35,450 nt of DNA, taken from contig CALVPW010000086.1 in NCBI GenBank assembly GCA_944354085.1, forward strand, positions 1-35,450, read 5' to 3'. The notes beneath the pieces were generated by a model. The model did no database searches and was not told the origin of the DNA. It saw nothing but the letters and a program-made list of their open reading frames with translations. Both the position numbers and the translations under genes were made by a program. The stretch comes from an uncultured Clostridia bacterium (GTDB lineage Bacteria; Bacillota; Clostridia; Christensenellales; Borkfalkiaceae). Positions 1 through 9,745 of the stretch are shown piece after piece (the first letter of the stretch is position 1; the number at the start of each line of letters is the position of its first letter).

Positions 1-1904
1 CCCGCGTCGGGTGCGTACAGCGCCACGTTCTCGGTATTGCCCGACGAGAGGCGGAACACCTCGACGGGGAGCCCTTGGAGGGAGGGATACGCGGCGAGCG
101 TCTCTTTGTCGTAAAAAACGGCGACGAGCCCGTACGCGCACTTCTCCCGCGCGGCGGCGACAAACGCGTCCGTCTCCGCCGCGGTACGGAGCGCGGGCAG
201 CGGCGCGCCCGTGAGCGCGTCCAAAAGGTTCTCGAACGCCTCGGGCGAGGCGTCGCCCCCGCCTGCGGGCAGCACCGCCCGCACGAATCCCTTTAAGTAT
301 TCCTTCCCGCGGAAACGGGAGAGATTGTATTCGAAAACGACGGTCTTTTTCAGATCGCTCTTCAAAAATTTGAGCTCGCGCGCGCCGTTGAAATACATGA
401 GGTCGAGCCCGCCCGCATGCATGGAAAGATGCGGCGAAAGCGGTTTGACGGGCGCGGCGTCCAGCTGCGCCGCGTCCAGCGTGAAGAGCGGACGGCGGTT
501 GCCCATGCCGAAGGGTTCCAATCGCGCAAGTTCGTGCGCGACGCGGTCATGGTCCTCCCCTTCGCCGACAATGTACAGCTTAGAGGCAAAATCCTCGCGC
601 GAATAGTGCGCGCCGATATACGCGTCGAGCGCGGCTTTCAGACGGGGGAAATTTTCCGCCGATACGTTGACGCCCGCCGCCTGCGCATGTCCGCCGAATT
701 CTTCGATGTATTGCGAACAGGCTTTGAGCGCCTCGAAGATGTTCACGTTCTCCACGCTGCGGGCGCTGCCGCGCAGCATATCGCCGCGGCGCACGAACAA
801 CAGCGTGGGACGGGAAAATTCTTCGGCGATGCGGGCGGCGACGATACCGACGAACCCCGCGTTCCAATGCTCGGCAGCCAGCATCACCACGTTGCCGTAC
901 GCCCCCTCGGCGCGGATGCGTTCGACCGCCTGCGCGTACAGCTCGTCGCACGCGCGCTGGCGTTCGCCGTTGTAGAGGTTGAGTTTTTCCGAAAGAGCGG
1001 CGATCGCCTCCTCGTTCTCCGTGGTGAACAGATCGAGCGCGGCGTGCGCGTCCCCCATCCTGCCCGCCGCGTTGATGCGCGGCGCGATGGTGAAAGCGAG
1101 CGTCTGCGACGTGATCTCCGCCGTCTTGCCGAGCAGCGCCTGAAAGGCGGGGCGGGGATGCGAACGGATGCGTTCGAGCCCTTCGGCGACGATGTCGCGG
1201 TTCTCGTCGACGAGCGGAACGCTGTCCGCCACCGTCGAGAGCGCCGCAAAATCGACGAGCGCCATCGCCTTTTCGCCGATGAGCGCCTGCGCGAGCTTGA
1301 ACGCCACGCCCGCGCCGCACAGATTATCGTAAGGGTAGTCGTCTTTGAGTTTGGGATTGACGGTGATGCAATCGGGCAGGCGGTCGGGCAGCTCGTGGTG
1401 GTCGGTGACGATCACGTAAGCGCCCTGTTCCTTGGCGTATTCCACCTCGTCCGCATTGGAGATGCCGCAGTCCACCGTAACGATTAGATCGGGCAGGAAT
1501 TCGTCGAAGATCTTATCGAGCGCGGCGACGCTCATGCCGTACCCCTCCGCCCGCTCGGGCACGTACAAGTACGGTTCGATGCCGAAGATGCGCATCGCGC
1601 GGGAGAGCACCGCCAGCGCGCCGATTCCGTCTGCATCGTAATCGCCGAACAGCGCCACGCGCCAGCCTTCGTCGCGCGCACGCGTGATGAGCGCGGCAGC
1701 CTCCCGCATCCCCCGCATCAAAAAGGGCGAAAGGAAGTGCTTGCGCGAGGGCGTGAGGAACGCGCGCATCTTGTTTTCCGTCGTCATGCCGCGCGCATAC
1801 AAAAGGCGCGCCGTCGTTTTGGTGATCCCCAGCGACGCCGCCAGCTGTGCGACCGCGCTTTCTTCCTCCGCGGTCAGTTGAAATTCGCGCACGAGCTTTT
1901 TCAT
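1..1904 (-). CDS. recJ: Single-stranded-DNA-specific exonuclease RecJ (DHH family); C-terminal end runs off the left edge
   Basis: Not in the supplied ORF track because no stop lies inside the window. Hand translation from ATG 1904..1902 gives MKKLVREFQLTAEEESAVAQLAASLGITKTTARLLYARGM...RVALFGDYDADGIGALAVL...LIVTVDCGISN...YVIVTDHHELPD (DHH-family motifs). I checked the frame open at 3..119 (VFYDKETLAAYPSLQGLPVEVFRLSSGNTENVALYAPDA). No minus ORF in this frame is listed between 1 and 1904. The secDF-recJ neighbourhood is typical. Confidence 0.85.
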   Translation of the reverse strand, partial: MKKLVREFQLTAEEESAVAQLAASLGITKTTARLLYARGMTTENKMRAFLTPSRKHFLSPFLMRGMREAAALITRARDEGWRVALFGDYDADGIGALAVLSRAMRIFGIEPYLYVPERAEGYGMSVAALDKIFDEFLPDLIVTVDCGISNADEVEYAKEQGAYVIVTDHHELPDRLPDCITVNPKLKDDYPYDNLCGAGVAFKLAQALIGEKAMALVDFAALSTVADSVPLVDENRDIVAEGLERIRSHPRPAFQALLGKTAEITSQTLAFTIAPRINAAGRMGDAHAALDLFTTENEEAIAALSEKLNLYNGERQRACDELYAQAVERIRAEGAYGNVVMLAAEHWNAGFVGIVAARIAEEFSRPTLLFVRRGDMLRGSARSVENVNIFEALKACSQYIEEFGGHAQAAGVNVSAENFPRLKAALDAYIGAHYSREDFASKLYIVGEGEDHDRVAHELARLEPFGMGNRRPLFTLDAAQLDAAPVKPLSPHLSMHAGGLDLMYFNGARELKFLKSDLKKTVVFEYNLSRFRGKEYLKGFVRAVLPAGGGDASPEAFENLLDALTGAPLPALRTAAETDAFVAAAREKCAYGLVAVFYDKETLAAYPSLQGLPVEVFRLSSGNTENVALYAPDA

Positions 1905-1958
1905 ATCCGATCCTTACGGTATTCCCGTTTTACGTCCGTTCCACACGTTCAGACGGTG

Positions 1959-1986
1959 CAAAAACGGCGGGAGATCTTCCCGCCGT
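1959..1986 (-). terminator. Intrinsic terminator after secF
   Basis: Minus strand ACGGCGGGA-AGATC-TCCCGCCGT followed by TTTTTG, 16 nt after the secF stop. Confidence 0.7.
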
Positions 1987-2001
1987 CTGATAAAAACCTT
2001 G

Positions 2002-3024
2002 TTATTCGCCGCGTTTGCGCGCCTTTGCCGAAGGATGGCGCGTACGCTTTGCATTGACTTTGTCGAACCCTGCCTTCACGCGGGTGTGCAGCGCGGGCGC
2101 AAACAGCATCGCGGAGTATGCAGCCGCGGCAACGGGCACCAATGCCCCCGCCAACACGATCGCCCCGCCGCCCGCAAACAGGCACGCTGCGCATACGGCG
2201 AGAATGCCCAGCGCTGCCCCCGCAAGCGCGAGGACGGCTTTGTCCGTCGTGCGGCACGTCTCTCCCACCGCTTCGCCGGCGGAGAGCGCGGAGAGCGCGG
2301 GATCTTTCGCCTGCTCGCGCAGCTTCATGCAGCGGACCAGCCACAGGCACAGCGACGCAGCCGCCGCGATCGCCGCGTACAGCCACGGCGCGAACGCATA
2401 CACGGGCACGCGGGTCACCGCAAAGAAGGCGAGCGTCAAAAGCACGTCGTGCACGGCGGCGGTGAGCCCCGTGAGGGCGCACCCGATGCCGAAGCGGATG
2501 CCCGTATACACGAGCGCCACGACGACGCCGACGGCGATCCCCACCGCGGCACGCCACAAAGGCTCGGAGAAACGTTCCGCCGCGAGCGTATGCACGGAGA
2601 CGCTGACCTCGGCGCCGCTTTCGAACTGCGCCTCCGCCACCGCCGTGCGGATGTCGTCCGCCGCGGCTTGCAGCGCTTCCGCCGAGACGCTTTCTTCGAA
2701 CACATAGCGGAGCGTAAAGTCGTTCCCCGTGGGATAAAAGCTCGTCTGCGTGTTGCTCGTGGGATCTGCCTGCCCCTCGAGCGTGAGTGCTTCTTCGTAC
2801 GAGACGCCGTTCGCGGCAAACGCGTTCTCGCTCGCCGAACGCAGCGTCTCCTTGTGCGCGTCGGAAAGTTCGACGACGATGTTGTAACGGATATCCACCG
2901 TTTTGCCCGCCATACGGTCGGGCGAGGTGTTGAATCCGAGAAGTGCGAACAATACGATGCCGGCAATGATGACCGCGGCGGAGACCGCCAGCCACACGGC
3001 GAAGAGTTTGGAACGCTTATTCAT
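2002..3024 (-). CDS. secF: Protein translocase subunit SecF
   Basis: 340-aa ORF with an N-terminal TM helix, a periplasmic loop and a C-terminal multi-TM bundle (GIRFGIGCALTGLTAAVHDVLLTLAFFAV...). Its ATGAATAA overlaps the secD stop by 8 nt. Confidence 0.9.
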   Translation of the reverse strand: MNKRSKLFAVWLAVSAAVIIAGIVLFALLGFNTSPDRMAGKTVDIRYNIVVELSDAHKETLRSASENAFAANGVSYEEALTLEGQADPTSNTQTSFYPTGNDFTLRYVFEESVSAEALQAAADDIRTAVAEAQFESGAEVSVSVHTLAAERFSEPLWRAAVGIAVGVVVALVYTGIRFGIGCALTGLTAAVHDVLLTLAFFAVTRVPVYAFAPWLYAAIAAAASLCLWLVRCMKLREQAKDPALSALSAGEAVGETCRTTDKAVLALAGAALGILAVCAACLFAGGGAIVLAGALVPVAAAAYSAMLFAPALHTRVKAGFDKVNAKRTRHPSAKARKRGE

Positions 3025-4531
3025 CTTCGATCTCCTCCCGCTTGAAGTTGCCGAGCTTGCCGCTCTTTTTGCTCAGCGCCGCCATCATCGCCCACGTGAA
3101 GCGGTTGAACAGCAGCACGCCGAGCCCCGAGAAGACCGCCGTGAGCCCCATCACGAACGCCGCCGTTTGGATGCCGGGCAGCGCGATCGCATACACGAGG
3201 AACGCAAAGACCACCACGACGATATGCAGGTCGATGAGCTTCCACAGGCACTTTTTATACCCCGTTTTGACGGAGGACGCGTACGTTTTGCCGAGCGCGT
3301 ACTCCTTGCGCGCGGCTTCGAACGTCATGGCGTTGCCCGCGCTCAGCATGAGGGACGTAAAGAGGAAGGCGACGTACGTTTCCACGCTCAGATACAGGAA
3401 CGGGATCGCCCAAACGCACAGCAGCGTGCATGCCGTAAAGAGCAGATAGGTATAGAGCTGCGCGAACGCCAGCGCGCGGTAGCGTACGAAGAAGAACGCC
3501 ATCATCGCCACGAACACGACGCCGTACGAGATATACAGCCACATGAGCGCGTTCTCGCCGTACCCTGCGGGGATCTGCAGCGCGTCGCCCGCGGTGAAGG
3601 AAAGATCGTTCGTTCCGCCTTGGATGGCGCTGTCCAATAAGATCGCCGTCACATTCGCCGTTTCACCCGTGTAGCTGCCGCTGATATACAGATCGTCCGC
3701 AACGGGTTCGCCGATCGTGAGCGAAAGGATCGCCGTATCGCCGACGTAAAAATACAGATAATTGGTGGTGGAAGTGCCCGACTCGGAGTCGGTGCTGCCC
3801 GCCGACGCAGTTGCCTTGGCGATCGCCTCGCGCCCCGCATCGGTGAAATGCACCGCAAGATAATGGGTGCCGCCGCCCGCAGCCGAAGAAACGGACTTCA
3901 CGTAATCGGCGACCGTTTCGCCGCGTTTGATGGAAAAGGCGTCCGTCGCCGCGTCTTCCGACGTGCCGTAGCGGATGCTCAGTTCCCCCGTAAAGACAAG
4001 GCGGCTGAGCGCGTAATATTCGTTCTCCATCATGGCGGGAAGGAAGACTTCGACGGTGTAATCGTCGCGTACGGAGACGCGCGCGCCGTCCACGTTGAGG
4101 CGCGCCACGCGCGCGGCGAACATCTCCTTGGCGGATGCGAACGCCGAAGCAAAACTTTCGAGCACGGCACCCTCTTCGTCGCAGGCGGTCTCCACCTCCA
4201 GATAGAGCGTGCCACCCTGATACGCGCGGTATTTTGCCTCGTACTTTGCGCGCTCCGCTTCGTCTGCAATGCCCGCAAGCTCGTTCTCATACGTCTCGGC
4301 AGAGATCACGCCCTCGGGATAATATACCGCGGAGTATCCGCCGCCGTTGTATGTTGCGTTCGCGCCGTATTCCGCCCCGAGATCTGCATCCTTTTTGGTC
4401 AGATCGAGAATGGAACTGAACGTATACATGCCGTTCTCGCCGTAATTGAACGACGCGACGCAAATAAAGCATAAAAGGGCGATCAGCAGCGTATAAAGCG
4501 CCAACAAAAACGCCGATTTTTTCTTGCCCAT
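3017..4531 (-). CDS. secD: Protein translocase subunit SecD
   Basis: 504-aa ORF with an N-terminal TM, a large extracytoplasmic domain and a C-terminal 5-TM bundle. GGAGGAGG SD upstream of ATG 4531. Directly precedes secF. Confidence 0.9.
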   Translation of the reverse strand: MGKKKSAFLLALYTLLIALLCFICVASFNYGENGMYTFSSILDLTKKDADLGAEYGANATYNGGGYSAVYYPEGVISAETYENELAGIADEAERAKYEAKYRAYQGGTLYLEVETACDEEGAVLESFASAFASAKEMFAARVARLNVDGARVSVRDDYTVEVFLPAMMENEYYALSRLVFTGELSIRYGTSEDAATDAFSIKRGETVADYVKSVSSAAGGGTHYLAVHFTDAGREAIAKATASAGSTDSESGTSTTNYLYFYVGDTAILSLTIGEPVADDLYISGSYTGETANVTAILLDSAIQGGTNDLSFTAGDALQIPAGYGENALMWLYISYGVVFVAMMAFFFVRYRALAFAQLYTYLLFTACTLLCVWAIPFLYLSVETYVAFLFTSLMLSAGNAMTFEAARKEYALGKTYASSVKTGYKKCLWKLIDLHIVVVVFAFLVYAIALPGIQTAAFVMGLTAVFSGLGVLLFNRFTWAMMAALSKKSGKLGNFKREEIEDE

Positions 4532-4596
4532 TGCCTCCTCCTATATCGTGAACGGGGAATGCCCAAATGATATTCGGAAAATTCTCACTCCAAATT

Positions 4597-4625
4597 ATTA
4601 TATAGAAAAAGGGCGTGTCCGTCAA
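4597..4625 (-). promoter_or_regulatory. Putative sigma-A promoter for secDF
   Basis: -35 TTGACG (4625..4620), 17-nt spacer, -10 TATAAT (4602..4597). The -35 lies in the loop of the scfB terminator hairpin. Confidence 0.5.
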
Positions 4626-4639
4626 GCCGAAACACGCCG
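4605..4639 (-). terminator. Intrinsic terminator after scfB
   Basis: Minus strand GGCGTGT-13 nt loop-ACACGCC followed by CTTTTTC, about 20 nt after the scfB stop. Confidence 0.6.
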
Positions 4640-4657
4640 CTTTTGTAAATTTTTCGC

Positions 4658-5965
4658 CTAATTTTCGCGCGAACGGCGCGCTGCGAGCACGTGCATCGCG
4701 CATTCGATGCGCTTCTTCATCATCGCGCAAGTCATCTCGTACGGCTCGTTGATATCGCCGTTGTAGTGGTAGTTGTTCGCGCTGCAGCCGCCCGAGCAGA
4801 TGAACTTGGCAAAACAGTTTTCGCACTTTTTCCGCGTGAAGAGGCAGGACGCGGCGAACGTACCGCGGATGGCAGGATCGAGTTTGCCCTCGAACACGTT
4901 CCCCATGCGCCATTTTATATCCCCCGCGAACTGATGGCAGGGATAGATATCCCCGTTCGGAACGACGGAGAAATACTCATTGCCCGCCCCGCACGCCGAA
5001 ACGCGCTTTTGCAGACAGGGACCGCCCTCGAGATCGACGTGGAAATGGAAGAACAAGAACCCCTTCCCCTCCGCTTCGCGGCGGATGTACGCATCGCAGA
5101 GTTTTTCGTACTCGCGTTCGATCGCGGGCAGGTGCTCCTCTTTGATCGTAAGGTCGGGAATGTCGGTGACGACGGGTTCGAGGGAGATGCAATCAAAGCC
5201 CTCGTCGGCGAGGAAGAGCACGTCCTTGGAAAAATCGAGATTTTTTGCCGTGAACGTCCCGCGGACGTAGTAATGCTTGTCCCCGCGGATGCGGACGAAT
5301 TTTTTGATCTTTTCGATGACCGCGTCAAAGCTGCCCTGCCCCGAGACCGTCTTGCGGACGGCGTCGTGCACCTCTTTTCTGCCGTCGAGCGACAACACGA
5401 CGTTCTCCATCTCGGCGTTCAAAAACGCGATGGCGTCGTCGTTGAGCAAGAGCCCGTTCGTCGTCGTCGTGAAAAGAAAGCGTTTGCCGCGCTTTGCCGC
5501 CTCCGCCTTGGCATAGGCGACCGTCTCTTTGATGACGCCGAGGTTCATGAGCGGCTCGCCGCCGAAAAAGTCGACTTCGAGCACCTTGCGCTGCCCGCTC
5601 TCGCGGATGAGGAAGTCGATCGCCGCCTTGGCGGTCTCGAGGCTCATCATCTCGCGCACGTTGTGATACGCGCCCTCGTCCGCAAAGCAATAGAGGCAGC
5701 GGAGATTGCAGTCGTGGCAGATGTGCAGGCACAGCGCCTTGACCTCGCCCGACTTCATGGGCGCGGTCTTGGGCTCTTCGGCAAAAAGGAGCCCCTCTTT
5801 TTTCAGCCCCTCGATATCGGCGAGCGTCTCTTTGAGTTCTTCATCCGAAAGTTCGACCGCCTCGCCCTGCAAAAGGCGCGCCGTCGCCTCGTCGCACGTG
5901 TGCAGCGCGCCGCTGCCCGTATCGTATGCGTAATATGTATCGTGATAACGGAATACGTGTACCAT
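4658..5965 (-). CDS. scfB: Radical SAM/SPASM thioether-forming SCIFF peptide maturase
   Basis: CNLRCLYC (CX3CX2C) radical-SAM cluster motif, GGEPL, and C-terminal SPASM Cys clusters (CGAG...YPCHQF, CENCFAKFICSGGCSANNY). Lies immediately downstream of a SCIFF precursor. Start re-set to ATG 5965 (MVHVFRYHDTYYAYDTGS) with AAGGAGAG SD; the track start 6004 lacks an SD. Confidence 0.9.
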   Translation of the reverse strand: MVHVFRYHDTYYAYDTGSGALHTCDEATARLLQGEAVELSDEELKETLADIEGLKKEGLLFAEEPKTAPMKSGEVKALCLHICHDCNLRCLYCFADEGAYHNVREMMSLETAKAAIDFLIRESGQRKVLEVDFFGGEPLMNLGVIKETVAYAKAEAAKRGKRFLFTTTTNGLLLNDDAIAFLNAEMENVVLSLDGRKEVHDAVRKTVSGQGSFDAVIEKIKKFVRIRGDKHYYVRGTFTAKNLDFSKDVLFLADEGFDCISLEPVVTDIPDLTIKEEHLPAIEREYEKLCDAYIRREAEGKGFLFFHFHVDLEGGPCLQKRVSACGAGNEYFSVVPNGDIYPCHQFAGDIKWRMGNVFEGKLDPAIRGTFAASCLFTRKKCENCFAKFICSGGCSANNYHYNGDINEPYEMTCAMMKKRIECAMHVLAARRSREN

Positions 5966-5983
5966 ATCTCTCCTTAAAAGACG

Positions 5984-6016
5984 CAAAAACAAGGAGCCGC
6001 GCAAACGCGCCGCTCC
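5984..6016 (-). terminator. Intercistronic hairpin plus U-run between scfA and scfB (putative partial terminator/attenuator)
   Basis: Minus strand GGAGCGGCGC-GTTT-GCGCGGCTCC (10-bp GC-rich stem with one internal mismatch) followed by TTGTTTTTG. Sits 22 nt after the scfA stop and about 20 nt before the scfB ATG. Confidence 0.5.
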
Positions 6017-6037
6017 CCTTCTTGCAAAAAGGCTCGC

Positions 6038-6196
6038 TTACTTTCTCTCGCCTTCGATGCGCTCCTCTCTCGTGACGCGCTCGCAGGACTGGTTGCCGAC
6101 GGTGCAGCTCGTCTTGCAGGCGGACTGGCAGGTGCTCCTGCATTCGCCGCAGCCCGTGATCTTTTTTGCCTGAGGTTTTGCAATCGTACGAATCAT
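6038..6196 (-). CDS. scfA: Six-cysteine peptide SCIFF (RiPP precursor)
   Basis: Internal ATG 6196 of track ORF 6038..6253, with GAGGAG SD 7 nt upstream. Product MIRTIAKPQAKKITGCGECRSTCQSACKTSCTVGNQSCERVTREERIEGERK has exactly six Cys in the SCIFF core GCGEC..CQSACKTSCTVGNQ.CE. Confidence 0.85.
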   Translation of the reverse strand: MIRTIAKPQAKKITGCGECRSTCQSACKTSCTVGNQSCERVTREERIEGERK

Positions 6197-6224
6197 AACC
6201 GTTCTCCTCGTTTTGTTTTTTTCT

Positions 6225-6253
6225 ATTATACAATGCCGCGCAAAATTTTGCAA
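6225..6253 (-). promoter_or_regulatory. Putative sigma-A promoter for scfA-scfB
   Basis: -35 TTGCAA (6253..6248), 17-nt spacer, -10 TATAAT (6230..6225). Confidence 0.55.
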
Positions 6254-6282
6254 CTAAAATTCGGACATTTTCGCGCCGAGGC

Positions 6283-6660
6283 TCATTCCTTGCGCAGTTT
6301 TACCCCCGCAAGCGCCCCGAGCCCGCCCAAAAGCGCGCACGCAAAGAGCTCTACGGCAAACAGCCATGTGCAGGAAAACGCGCCCGCCACCGCCGCGAAC
6401 AGGAGCATGGTGACGACGGCGCCGACCGCTCCCGCCGCCGCGCCCTTGAAGAGCGCGCGCTCCCGCCGCACGAACAGCAGCGGGAACAAGAAACTGCCCG
6501 CACAGCGGATGACCCACGCCGCAGCCGTCACCGCGCCGTCCTGCGGAGCGTACGCCCGTACGAATACGGCGACGAGCGACATTGCCGCCAGACAAAAGAC
6601 CGCGTAAAACAGTACCGAAAGCGTGACCTCGCGCACGCACCGTCCCAAAAAACTTTGCAT
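6283..6660 (-). CDS. Small 4-TM integral membrane protein (resembles the TIGR04086-type membrane protein family of Firmicutes)
   Basis: 125-aa ORF that is hydrophobic throughout, ending in a Gly/Ala-rich helix and KLRKE. GGAGGGGG SD. High GC3 in this frame. Confidence 0.6.
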   Translation of the reverse strand: MQSFLGRCVREVTLSVLFYAVFCLAAMSLVAVFVRAYAPQDGAVTAAAWVIRCAGSFLFPLLFVRRERALFKGAAAGAVGAVVTMLLFAAVAGAFSCTWLFAVELFACALLGGLGALAGVKLRKE

Positions 6661-6711
6661 ATCCCCCTCCGTTCTCCCTTTCTATATAATGCGCGGCGGG
6701 GAAAAGATATG

Positions 6712-6738
6712 AAAAAAGCTCCCCTCGGGGAGCTTTTC
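6712..6738 (-). terminator. Intrinsic terminator after yajC
   Basis: Minus strand AAAAGCTCCCC-GA-GGGGAGCTTTT followed by TTC. Palindromic, so it could act in both directions. Confidence 0.65.
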
Positions 6739-6747
6739 GATGGTTTT

Positions 6748-7257
6748 TTAGTCTTTCTTCTCTTCTGCGTCTTTTTCTGCCTCGGCAGGCGTTTCGGCGG
6801 GTGCTTCGGGCGTCTCGGCAGGTGCTTCGGCGGAAACTTCGGGCGTTTCGCCGTTCTTTTCGGCTTCCTTCGCCTCTTTTTCTGCCTTGCGGCGGGCTTC
6901 CGCCTCCTCGCGGGCGATCTGGGTGGGACCCTTTGCGTCCGTCTGGGCGATGAGTTCCTTATCCATCTTGATATAGGACTTGCCCGCAGATTCGCTGCCC
7001 GTTTCGATGATCACGGTGTTGTCGTCGCACACTTCCACGACGATGCCGCAGATGCCGCCCGCCGTTTTGACTTTGTGACCGGGACGGATAGCTTCGAGCT
7101 GCTCGATGTACTCCTTTTGGCGCTGTTTGTTCTTTCTTCCCGAGAAGAACATCCATGCAACGAACGCGACAACGATAATGACGACGAGAACGATCACCAC
7201 GATATTACTGGTATTGTTTGGATCCTGCGTCGTTTCTGCCAGCAATGAACGGAACAT
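6748..7257 (-). CDS. yajC: Preprotein translocase subunit YajC with a long acidic Ala/Glu/Pro/Thr-rich C-terminal tail
   Basis: Single TM (IVVIVLVVIIVVAFVAWMFF) followed by the YajC core RKNKQRQKEYIEQLEAIRPGHKVKTAGGICGIVVEV. AAAGGAGAAAAG SD. Conserved tgt-yajC order. Confidence 0.8.
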   Translation of the reverse strand: MFRSLLAETTQDPNNTSNIVVIVLVVIIVVAFVAWMFFSGRKNKQRQKEYIEQLEAIRPGHKVKTAGGICGIVVEVCDDNTVIIETGSESAGKSYIKMDKELIAQTDAKGPTQIAREEAEARRKAEKEAKEAEKNGETPEVSAEAPAETPEAPAETPAEAEKDAEEKKD

Positions 7258-7289
7258 ACTTTTCTCCTTTTCCCCGTTGGGGTATAAAC

Positions 7290-7318
7290 ATGATACATTT
7301 TTTCGGCAGGTTTGGCAA
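7290..7318 (-). promoter_or_regulatory. Putative promoter for yajC
   Basis: -35 TTGCCA (7318..7313), 17-nt spacer, -10 TATCAT (7295..7290). Confidence 0.4.
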
Positions 7319-7391
7319 GCGATTTACGGAAGTTTTTTCCATTTCACCGAAATTTTACACGCCTCCGCCGCCAAAAAACGGCAAATATCGC

Positions 7392-8709
<1,318 letters not shown>

Positions 8710-8715
<6 letters not shown>

Positions 8716-9732
8716 GATCATCATCGCGTCGCCGAAGGAGAAGAACCGATACCCCTCCCCCACCGCCGTCTCGTACACGTGCAGCATCTCCTCGCGGGAG
8801 CAGAGCGCGGAAACGAGCATCAGGAGCGTGCTCTCGGGCAGATGGAAATTGGTGATGAGCGCGTCCACGCACTTAAAACGGTACGGGGGATAGATAAAGA
8901 TCTCGGTATTGCCTTTGCAGGGGCGCAGAAAGCCGTGTTCGTCGGCGACCGTCTCGACCGTGCGGACGGAAGTGGTGCCCACGCAGACGACGCGCCGCCC
9001 CTCCCGTTTGGCGCGGTTGACGATCGCCGCCGCCTCCTCGCTCACCTCGTAATACTCGGAATGCATTTTGTGGTCGAGGACGTTCTCCTCCTTGACGGGA
9101 CGAAAGGTCCCCAGCCCCACGTGCAGCAGCACTTCGGCGATCTCCACCCCCATCGCGCGGATGCGCTCCAACAGCGCGGGCGTAAAATGCAGCCCCGCCG
9201 TGGGCGCCGCCGCCGAGCCGTTCTCGCGGGCGTACACCGTTTGATAACGCTCGGGATCGGAGAGCTTTTCGTGGATATAGGGCGGGAGCGGCATCGTGCC
9301 CGCGCGGGACAATACGTCCTCGAACGCGCCCTCGTAAAAAAAGCGGACGTGACGCTCGCCCGAATCGGTGATGCCCGTGACTTGCAGCGAGAGCTCTTCG
9401 TTGACGGTGAGCTTTGTCCCGATACGGCATTTTTTGCCGGGGCGCACGAGCACCTCCCAATCGTTGAGGTCGAGGCGTTTTAATAGCAGCACTTCGACCG
9501 CGCCGCCGTGCTCGGTATGCGCGTACAGCCGCGCGGGCAGCACCCGCGTGCGATTGACGACGAGCACGTCGCCCTGTTTGAGATAGTCCGTGATGTCGCG
9601 GAAAATGCGGTGTTCGATCGTCTTCGTATCCCTGTGATACACCAACAGCCGCGAACTGTCGCGCGGGTCGGCGGGCGTCTGCGCAATGAGCGCTTCGGGA
9701 AGATCGTACCAAAAGTCAGATTTTTTCAGCAT
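8710..9732 (-). CDS. queA: S-adenosylmethionine:tRNA ribosyltransferase-isomerase
   Basis: MLKKSDFWYDLPEALIAQTPA..., RLLV, VVNRTRVLPARL, APTAGLHFT, VGLGTF, GTTSVRTVE. Start chosen at ATG 9732 because it matches the family N-terminus and does not overlap ruvB. The track start 9756 is an alternative. Confidence 0.92.
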
Positions 9733-9745
9733 ACCATGTCCGCCT

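Noticed and set aside
417-1487. 356-aa plus-strand ORF, along with 580..1320 and 884..1249 on the minus strand
   Set aside because: They are antisense to or out of frame with the recJ reading frame, which carries clear DHH motifs. Their composition is Arg-rich and low-complexity.
1949-3045. 348-aa ORFs on both strands overlapping secF
   Set aside because: The 2002..3024 frame gives a bona fide SecF with TM helices. The alternatives are Arg/Gly-rich shadow ORFs.
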